A stretch of 35,252 nt of DNA. Source: an uncultured Nitrospirota bacterium (GTDB lineage: Bacteria; Nitrospirota; Nitrospiria; JACQBZ01). Position numbers and translations under genes: made by a program. Of this stretch, positions 28,471 through 35,252 are shown piece by piece. Every line of letters begins with the position of its first letter. The stretch's first letter is position 1. A model generated the notes under the pieces. That model saw only the letters and a program-made list of their open reading frames with translations. It was not told where the DNA came from and made no database searches. The stretch covers positions 1 through 35,252 of the forward strand of contig CAYJTJ010000004.1 in assembly GCA_964372835.1 (NCBI GenBank), written 5' to 3'.

Positions 28471-29691
28471 ATGGATCTGTCGGACAAACACATCCTCCTC
28501 GGGGTTACGGGGAGCATTGCGGCCTTCAAGGCCATCCTGATCCTACGCCGTCTGACCCTAGCCGGAGCGCGGGTGACGGTCGTGCTGACCCGGTCGGCCC
28601 AACAGTTCGTGACCCCCCTGACTTTTCAGGTTCTGTCGCGCCGGCCGGTCTACACCGATCTTTTCGATTCGAGCCCGGAGATCCGTCACCTGACGCTGGC
28701 CGAAGAGGTGGACCTGATTCTGATCGCCCCGGCCACGGCCAACCTGATCGGAAAGCTGGCCGGCGGAATCGCCGATGATCTCCTGTCCACGATCGCCCTG
28801 GCCAGTCCAGCCCCGGTCGTGGTCGCCCCGGCCATGGACGGCGAGATGTGGAATCACCCCTTGCTTAAGCGCAATCTTGCAATTCTGGATGGCCTTGGAT
28901 ACCGAATCGTTCCCCCGGCCGAGGGATCCTTGGCCTCCGGAAAGGAGGGCATCGGACGGCTGGCTTCGGAGGAGGAGATCCTCTCCAAAGTGGCCGAACG
29001 GCTTGCCCGACGCCAAGATTTGGCCGGGGAAACGGTTTTGGTGACGGCCGGTCCGACTCAGGAGCCGATCGACCCGGTTCGTTACCTCACCAACCGATCT
29101 TCAGGAAAAATGGGGTTTGCCTTGGCCCGGGCCGCTCAAGAACGGGGTGCCCGTGTGATTCTGGTCAGCGGTCCCACCGCCCTGTCGGCGCCGGCCCGGA
29201 TAAAGCGGATTCTTGTTCGAACCGCGGCCGAGATGAGGGAAGCGGTTATGGCACACTTCCCCGAAGCCTCCGTTCTAATCATGGCGGCCGCCGTCGCGGA
29301 TTATCGCCCGGTCAAGACCGAGACCGAAAAAATTGACAAAAGAACCCAGACGATCCTTCTCGAGCTGGAGCCGACGGAGGATATCCTATCCGAACTTGGA
29401 TCTCATAAAGGGGATCGAATCGTCATTGGTTTTGCGGCCGAAACCCGTGAAGTTTTGACACGGGCGGAAGAGAAGCTGCGACGAAAAGCCCTCGACCTCA
29501 TCGTCGCGAACGATCTGACCCAAGAGGGAGCCGGTTTTGATATTGAAACCAATGTCGTGACGATGATCAGGGCCGGAGGTGAACGTATGCCGCTTCCGCG
29601 AATGCTGAAATCCGAAGTGGCCGATCGAATCCTGGATCAAATCCGAGGTCTTCGGAGTTCGACGACCGCCAGAACTACCTCCAATCATTGA
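28471..29691 (+). CDS. coaBC: Phosphopantothenoylcysteine decarboxylase/synthase
   Basis: GVTGSIAAFK, APATAN, TAGPTQEPIDPVRYLTNRSSGKMG, AAVADY, GFAAET. Confidence 0.96.
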   Translation: MDLSDKHILLGVTGSIAAFKAILILRRLTLAGARVTVVLTRSAQQFVTPLTFQVLSRRPVYTDLFDSSPEIRHLTLAEEVDLILIAPATANLIGKLAGGIADDLLSTIALASPAPVVVAPAMDGEMWNHPLLKRNLAILDGLGYRIVPPAEGSLASGKEGIGRLASEEEILSKVAERLARRQDLAGETVLVTAGPTQEPIDPVRYLTNRSSGKMGFALARAAQERGARVILVSGPTALSAPARIKRILVRTAAEMREAVMAHFPEASVLIMAAAVADYRPVKTETEKIDKRTQTILLELEPTEDILSELGSHKGDRIVIGFAAETREVLTRAEEKLRRKALDLIVANDLTQEGAGFDIETNVVTMIRAGGERMPLPRMLKSEVADRILDQIRGLRSSTTARTTSNH

Positions 29692-29715
29692 CTTTTTTCC
29701 GGGATCTGTTATGAT
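29688..29715 (+). promoter_or_regulatory. Putative internal sigma70 promoter
   Basis: TTGACT-16 bp-TATGAT with extended TG. Confidence 0.6.
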
Positions 29716-29736
29716 AGCTCCTCGCTGATCAACCCG

Positions 29737-30819
29737 ATGGGTCCTATGGATAAAAAGGAAGACCCAGGCAGTCCGATCGGTCCTGAAGTCCTAAAGCTAA
29801 CGGAAAAGCTTGCGAAAGACCCCAAATCAAGGCTTTTCATGCCGCTCGCGGAGGAGTACCTGAAGATTGGAATGCTGGATGAGGCGGCCCAGGTGCTGAC
29901 CGAGGGCATAAAGATCCATCCGGCCTTTCATGCCGCTCGAGTCACGCTTGGGAAGGTCCTCCTGGAGCAAGGGGAGGTCGCCCTTGCCAAAAACGAATTT
30001 GAGCATGTGATTGAGGCCAGCCCGGATAATCTGCTGGCCCATCGCAAACTGGCCAAGATCTATAGGGATGAAAGGCTTATCGAGAAGGCGCGCGTCTCTT
30101 GCCAGGCCGTTCTTTCGGTTAACCCCAAGGACGCCGATATGAGATCGGTTTTAGAAGAATTGGATCGATTGGAACGGACCTCCCCCGAGCCGCCGATTAT
30201 CCCTGTAGAGGTGTCAACCTCGGCCGAGTCCCAAAACTCCGCGGCGGCCGAAACAGAGCCGGCGGTGGAGAAGGGGGCCCTGGAAAATCCCGCGGCACAG
30301 GAATCATCTCCCCCGATTATGGACGAAACACCGCTTGGGCCGAAAATCGAAGAGGTTCCGGTCGCCTCCGACTTTCCCCCGGTCGGGTCGACATCCGATT
30401 CCGTGGTAATTTCAAACGAACCCGAGGCGCAACCGGCGCCGCCCGAGTCCGAATTGGGGATCGCCGAATCGGGTCCGACCGAAAACCCGCCACCCGCGGA
30501 TGAGATCATCACCGAGGCCTTGGCCGATCTTTATATCAAACAGGGCCACTACGATAAGGGAATCGCGATGTTCCGGAGGCTTCTTGCGAACGATCCCGAC
30601 AATGCGGCACTTTATAAGAAACTGGATGAGACGGTAGAGCTCGTGAAACTCCTTCAGGAGGGTCCCAAGCTGAAAAAAGCGGTGTCGGTCGCACCGACCG
30701 AACCTCCTAACGCGACCCCCGCGCCGGCCGCCGAGACGGAGGAGGCTCGGCGTCAGGCCGAGAAAATCCGACGCCTTGAACTCTGGCTGGAAAGCATCAA
30801 GAAAGATCAGAAGCGATGA
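29737..30819 (+). CDS. TPR protein with acidic Pro-rich linker and C-terminal TPR
   Basis: DPKSRLFMPLAEEY N-terminal TPRs; low-complexity E/P/S linker; TEALADLYIKQG. Confidence 0.8.
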   Translation: MGPMDKKEDPGSPIGPEVLKLTEKLAKDPKSRLFMPLAEEYLKIGMLDEAAQVLTEGIKIHPAFHAARVTLGKVLLEQGEVALAKNEFEHVIEASPDNLLAHRKLAKIYRDERLIEKARVSCQAVLSVNPKDADMRSVLEELDRLERTSPEPPIIPVEVSTSAESQNSAAAETEPAVEKGALENPAAQESSPPIMDETPLGPKIEEVPVASDFPPVGSTSDSVVISNEPEAQPAPPESELGIAESGPTENPPPADEIITEALADLYIKQGHYDKGIAMFRRLLANDPDNAALYKKLDETVELVKLLQEGPKLKKAVSVAPTEPPNATPAPAAETEEARRQAEKIRRLELWLESIKKDQKR

Positions 30820-31172
30820 GCCTTTCCGACATCCTCATGGGAATCATCGGAGAGTTGGAGGGGTCCCGTGGGGTGGCCGTGGTGGGGATGGATGGAATCC
30901 TTGTTGAGGAGCAGAAAAGAGATGGGGAGTTGGATCTGCAGACACTCGGGGCCGAGTTCAGCGGTCTGCTCAGGTCATCCGAAAAGGCCTTCGAGTCGGT
31001 TGAGGCGGGCGAGGTCGTCGAAATCATGATGAAGGCGGCACGCTCCCTCCTGTTGCTTCGGAGAGTCACGCCGGAGTATTTCGTCATGCTCGTCCTTCAT
31101 CCCGATGGGAATCTTGGAAAAGGCCGCTTCCTCCTCCGGCGTGCCGGTGTGGATCTGAAGCCCGAACTGTGA
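30816..31172 (+). CDS. Roadblock/LC7 domain protein (MglC-like)
   Basis: VVGMDGI and YFVMLVLHPDGNLGKGRFLLR; position upstream of efp-accB-accC. Confidence 0.85.
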   Translation: MSLSDILMGIIGELEGSRGVAVVGMDGILVEEQKRDGELDLQTLGAEFSGLLRSSEKAFESVEAGEVVEIMMKAARSLLLLRRVTPEYFVMLVLHPDGNLGKGRFLLRRAGVDLKPEL

Positions 31173-31187
31173 GGGTTAACCGTCGCC

Positions 31188-31643
31188 TTGGATAAAATAT
31201 TAGTTTTGCACGGGCCCAATCTTAATTTATTAGGTTCCCGAGAGACTTCGGTGTATGGCTCCCATACGCTGGCCGAAATCAACCGACGGCTCAAGGCGTT
31301 GGCCCGATTAGAAGGGGCTCAAGTCACGATCATGCAGTCGAATTCAGAGGGAAAGTTGGTGGATCTGATTCAGAAGGCGCCCGGCAAGTACCACGGCCTC
31401 GTCATCAACCCGGCGGCATTCACGCACACCAGCATCGCGATTCGCGATGCCGTGGCCTCCATCGGGCTACCAACGGTTGAGATCCACCTTTCGAACATTG
31501 ACCGGCGGGAGGATTTCCGCCGCCATTCTTATATGGCCGAGGTTTCACTGGGGCAGGTCTGCGGGTTCGGAGCCTTCAGTTACGAGCTTGGTCTCCGGGC
31601 CGTGCTCCAACATATACGTGAGAAGACAAAGCCGTCCCGATAA
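31188..31643 (+). CDS. aroQ: Type II 3-dehydroquinate dehydratase
   Basis: [36 protein letters not shown] start. Confidence 0.96.
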   Translation: MDKILVLHGPNLNLLGSRETSVYGSHTLAEINRRLKALARLEGAQVTIMQSNSEGKLVDLIQKAPGKYHGLVINPAAFTHTSIAIRDAVASIGLPTVEIHLSNIDRREDFRRHSYMAEVSLGQVCGFGAFSYELGLRAVLQHIREKTKPSR

Positions 31644-31684
31644 AGTCGCTCCCATGAACCCGGAACACAAGGAGAAGCGATAAA

Positions 31685-32245
31685 GTGATTTCCACGACCG
31701 AATTCAGAAATGGAGCCAAAGTCGAGATCTCGGGTGAGCCGTTTGTGATCGTGGAATTTCAGCACGTCAAGCCGGGCAAGGGAGGGGCCTTCGTCCGAAC
31801 CAAGCTCAAAAGTCTTAAGTCCGGAAATGTCCTGGAGCGAACCTATCGATCAGGGGAGGTGCTCGAGGAACCGGACATTCAGGAAAAGGAGATGCAGTTC
31901 CTCTACGCCCAGGGTCGCGAGTATCACTTTATGGATACCACCACCTATGAGCAGATTTCTTTCGAACAGGATCAATTGGGGGACTCCCGCGACCTTTTGA
32001 AAGAGGATATGAAGGCCTCAATCATCATCTATAAGGGGAAACCGATCACGGTTCAACTGCCGAACTTCGTGGAGCTGAAAATTGCGCGGACCGATCCGGG
32101 GGTCCGGGGTGACACGGCAAGCGGGGGAACGAAGCCGGCTGTTATGGAGTCCGGTGCCACCATCAAGGTCCCGCTCCACTTGAACGAGGGTGACACCATT
32201 CGAATCGATACGCGAAGCCGCATCTACGTAGAACGGGTCAAATAA
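31685..32245 (+). CDS. efp: Elongation factor P (Lys-type loop)
   Basis: HVKPGKGGAFVRTKLK, FMDTTTYEQ, PGVRGDTA; GTG start. Confidence 0.97.
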   Translation: MISTTEFRNGAKVEISGEPFVIVEFQHVKPGKGGAFVRTKLKSLKSGNVLERTYRSGEVLEEPDIQEKEMQFLYAQGREYHFMDTTTYEQISFEQDQLGDSRDLLKEDMKASIIIYKGKPITVQLPNFVELKIARTDPGVRGDTASGGTKPAVMESGATIKVPLHLNEGDTIRIDTRSRIYVERVK

Positions 32246-32248
32246 CCG

Positions 32249-32722
32249 ATGAACCTCAAGGAACTTCGAGAACTCATCGACTTGGTTCAGAAGAGCGACG
32301 TAACGGAGCTCGAGCTGGAGAAGGCCGGGGTCCGGGTTCGGATCAAGAAGGAGCCGGCGGGTGGGTCCGCAGCCCCGGCACGTGAAAACGCATCCGCCCC
32401 GGCAGCGGTTCCGGCATCAGGGCTCGCCCCGCAAACTGCGGGAACCCCGCCCCCTCAGCCCGAAACCGGCAAGGGGGTCACCTTAACCTCGCCCGTGGTG
32501 GGCACGTTCTACCGTGCCCCCTCTCCCGACTCCGAGCAGTATGTAGAGATCGGAAGTACCGTGAAAAAGGGCCAGATCGTTTGCGTGATCGAGGCGATGA
32601 AACTGATGAACGAGATCGAATCCGAGTGGGACGGAAAAATCATCGAGGTCCTTGTAGAGAATGCCCAATCGGTGGAATACGGGGAGCCTCTTTTTCGGAT
32701 CGAGCCGACCCCGGCCGGCTAG
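32249..32722 (+). CDS. accB: Acetyl-CoA carboxylase biotin carboxyl carrier protein
   Basis: SPVVGTFYRAPSP, EAMKLMNEI biotinylation motif. Confidence 0.96.
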   Translation: MNLKELRELIDLVQKSDVTELELEKAGVRVRIKKEPAGGSAAPARENASAPAAVPASGLAPQTAGTPPPQPETGKGVTLTSPVVGTFYRAPSPDSEQYVEIGSTVKKGQIVCVIEAMKLMNEIESEWDGKIIEVLVENAQSVEYGEPLFRIEPTPAG

Positions 32723-32755
32723 ACACACAAGGCCCGCGGGATTCCGGGAGAATTC

Positions 32756-34114
32756 ATGTTTAAGAAGATTCTGATCGCCAACCGAGGGGAAATCGCCGTG
32801 CGGATCATCCAGGCCTGCCGCGAGCTTGGAGTACGGACGGTCGCCATTTATTCCGAGGCGGATGCCACGTCTCTGCATGTCCGTCTGGCGGATGAGCACA
32901 TCTGCATCGGGCCGGCCAACGCCACGAGCTACACAAACATCCCCAATATTTTAAGCGGGGCTGAAATCACCGGGGCCGAAGCGATCCATCCCGGATACGG
33001 TTTTCTGGCCGAGAACGCGCACTTTGCCGACGTCTGCCAGTCGGTTGGAATCAAATTTATCGGCCCGACCTCGGAGAACATAGCGATGATGGGCGATAAG
33101 GCCAAGGCCCGTGAGGTGATGACCCAAAAGGGGATTCCGGTTCTTCCGGGCAGTCCGGGGATCATCTCGGATGAAAAAGAGGCCCTTGAAACCGCCGAGC
33201 GCATCGGTTATCCGGTCATCATTAAGGCCGCCGCGGGAGGCGGGGGTCGGGGAATGCGGGTCGTCACGCGCGAAGAGGATTTGATGGCGGCCTTTCAGAC
33301 GGCCCAGGCCGAGGCCAAGGCCGTCTTCGGCGACAACAGCGTTTATCTAGAGAAGTATTTCATCGAGCCCCGCCATATCGAGGTGCAGATCCTGGCGGAC
33401 GAAAAGGGCCGAACGGTTCATCTGGGGGAGAGGGACTGTTCGATCCAGCGGCGCCACCAAAAATTGATCGAGGAATCACCCTCGACCGCCGTGGACGATT
33501 CGCTGCGCCGTGAGATGGGAAACATGGCCGTTGAGGCGGCCAAGGCCGTCGACTACAGTAACATCGGCACGGTGGAGTTCCTGCTGGACAAGGATCGCAA
33601 ATTTTACTTTATGGAAATGAACACGCGAATTCAGGTCGAGCACCCCGTCACCGAGATGGTCACGGGGATCGATCTGGTCAAAGAACAGATCAAGATCTCG
33701 GCGGGTCTTGCGTTGGAATTCCGGCAGAGCGATGTCCGTCTTCGGGGACACAGCTTCGAATGTCGGATTAACGCGGAGTGCCCGGAAAGCTTTACGCCGT
33801 CTCCCGGCAAGGTGACCGATTTTCGGCCGCCGGGAGGACCGGGCGTTCGTGTGGATTCCGCGATGACCTGCAATGCGATCGTTCCTCCCTTCTATGATTC
33901 CCTGATCGCAAAATTGATTGTCCATGCCGAGAACCGCGAGATGGCGATTGCGCGGATGAGACGGGCCCTGGACGAATTCACGATCGAAGGGATTAAGACA
34001 ACCATTCCACTCCACAAGCGTATCTTTGAGGATCCCGCCTTCCAAAAGGGGAGGATCTCGACCGGATACCTCGAAAAAATTCTCTCCACGGACCCGTCGC
34101 GCGTTGCCGGCTGA
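32756..34114 (+). CDS. accC: Biotin carboxylase
   Basis: [51 protein letters not shown]. Confidence 0.97.
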   Translation: MFKKILIANRGEIAVRIIQACRELGVRTVAIYSEADATSLHVRLADEHICIGPANATSYTNIPNILSGAEITGAEAIHPGYGFLAENAHFADVCQSVGIKFIGPTSENIAMMGDKAKAREVMTQKGIPVLPGSPGIISDEKEALETAERIGYPVIIKAAAGGGGRGMRVVTREEDLMAAFQTAQAEAKAVFGDNSVYLEKYFIEPRHIEVQILADEKGRTVHLGERDCSIQRRHQKLIEESPSTAVDDSLRREMGNMAVEAAKAVDYSNIGTVEFLLDKDRKFYFMEMNTRIQVEHPVTEMVTGIDLVKEQIKISAGLALEFRQSDVRLRGHSFECRINAECPESFTPSPGKVTDFRPPGGPGVRVDSAMTCNAIVPPFYDSLIAKLIVHAENREMAIARMRRALDEFTIEGIKTTIPLHKRIFEDPAFQKGRISTGYLEKILSTDPSRVAG

Positions 34115-34758
34115 TGGATCGTTCCCCCCCTCACGGCCTCTACCTGATTTTAGATCAGCCTTCGATGCGAGGACGGCCCCTGATGGAAGTGGCCGAGGCG
34201 TCCATCTCGGGGGGTGTAAGGACTATTCAGTATCGCGCCAAGGGATTGGGCAAGGCCGAGTGCTTTGCGGCCGCGTCACCCCTCAGGGCGCTTTCCCATC
34301 GGGAGGGGGTTGCCTTTATCGTGAACGATGATGTGGACATCGCCATGGCCGTGGACGCGGACGGGGTTCATCTCGGCCAAGAGGACCTCCCCTTATCGAT
34401 GGCCCGTTCGATTCTGGGGGACGGCAGGATCATTGGAGTTTCGGCGCACACCCTGGCGCAGGCGCAGGAGGCCGAATCCGGGGGCGCCGATTATGTCGGC
34501 GTCGGCCCCATCTTTCCTTCAAATACCAAACAGGTCCGTCCCGCGCTGGGCTGCGGCGTATTGGCCGAAATTCGGAAGAAGATCCGAATTCCCGTCGTCG
34601 CAATCGGGGGGATTACTCTCTTAAATATCCAGCCGGTGTTGGAGACCGATGTGGACGCCGTCGCAATCGTTTCGGCGATTCTCTCTCAGACGGACATTCA
34701 AAAGGCCACCGCAGAATTCGCGGCGGTATTTCAAACCTTGCGGAGGCCCGGACATTGA
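34114..34758 (+). CDS. thiE: Thiamine-phosphate synthase
   Basis: QYRAK, IVNDD, GVHLGQED, GPIFPSNTK, AIGGI. Confidence 0.95.
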   Translation: MDRSPPHGLYLILDQPSMRGRPLMEVAEASISGGVRTIQYRAKGLGKAECFAAASPLRALSHREGVAFIVNDDVDIAMAVDADGVHLGQEDLPLSMARSILGDGRIIGVSAHTLAQAQEAESGGADYVGVGPIFPSNTKQVRPALGCGVLAEIRKKIRIPVVAIGGITLLNIQPVLETDVDAVAIVSAILSQTDIQKATAEFAAVFQTLRRPGH

Positions 34759-34783
34759 CAAAACGCCGGCTGTTTCCTATACT
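34755..34783 (+). promoter_or_regulatory. Putative sigma70 promoter of the DUF3553-like gene
   Basis: TTGACA-17 bp-TATACT. Confidence 0.7.
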
Positions 34784-34844
34784 TCGCGTGGGGTCGTTGC
34801 AACGGCCCGAGACCATGGACGGGGCGTTTTGAAAATCAAGGCCG

Positions 34845-35084
34845 ATGGAGAAACTTTATCTGAGAGTAGGGGACCAGGTCCTCCACCAACGATACCTGCA
34901 GTGGGGAATCGGTGTCGTTACGGAGCAACGATCCTCGGTGATGGTGGGCGGGACCTGTATCGTACGAATTATTTTTAAGGATGGAATCGAGCGGTCCTTC
35001 ATCAATGATCTGGATAATTACAGCTGCTGCTACTACGCGGGCGTGCAGATTCAGGAGGCCGCGACCGATGTGGATATCCGTTAG
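34845..35084 (+). CDS. Small DUF3553-like protein
   Basis: GDQVLH...WGIGVV...RIIFKDG beta-barrel pattern; CCYYAG; own promoter. Confidence 0.7.
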   Translation: MEKLYLRVGDQVLHQRYLQWGIGVVTEQRSSVMVGGTCIVRIIFKDGIERSFINDLDNYSCCYYAGVQIQEAATDVDIR

Positions 35085-35199
35085 GCCGTGAAACCCGGTG
35101 CTCCCTTGAGTCTGCAACGACTCTCCCGTCTGTTTTTCAGATCCCTCAAGCCGCATGGAAATGGATATCTCAGGGCCGTAAGGCCGATCGGGTTCCACG

Positions 35200-35252
35200 A
35201 TGGCCGGTGAAAAGATCCTCATTGTGGACGATGAGGAACATATCGGTTTATT
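35200..35252 (+). CDS. Response regulator receiver domain, 5' part only (runs off window)
   Basis: ATG GCC GGT GAA AAG ATC CTC ATT GTG GAC GAT GAG = MAGEKILIVDDEEHIGL. Confidence 0.75.
   Translation, partial: MAGEKILIVDDEEHIGL

Overview
GC-rich bacterial chromosomal segment, densely coding and mostly core genes. The order yicC-gmk-rpoZ-coaBC-TPR-roadblock-aroQ-efp-accB-accC-thiE and the protein types suggest Nitrospirota or a related deep-branching lineage (inference, no search run). The window opens at what looks like the right junction of an element integrated in tRNA-Thr(CGT). It then carries a VOC gene, a PBP7-like peptidase, an FHA / TPR-Ser/Thr-kinase / hflX operon, an orphan OmpA-MotB lipoprotein, a Nudix hydrolase and an FGGY kinase. 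The middle holds a Gld-like ABC system, a sensor kinase apparently split in two, small Lrp/AsnC, DUF2914 and PolX-N-terminal proteins, a response regulator and metK-ahcY. An operon of archaeal/eukaryotic-type ATP-dependent DNA ligase, nitrilase-family hydrolase and endonuclease III precedes the housekeeping cluster. Best leads: the ligase-nitrilase-Nth operon with a stand-alone PolX N-terminal protein nearby, a probable ATC start for a long-form HflX with a JAB-like N-terminus, the kinase/FHA module upstream of hflX, an MglC-like roadblock protein, the split sensor and recurrent promoter architecture. No CRISPR array, rRNA, intact tRNA or transposase was seen.
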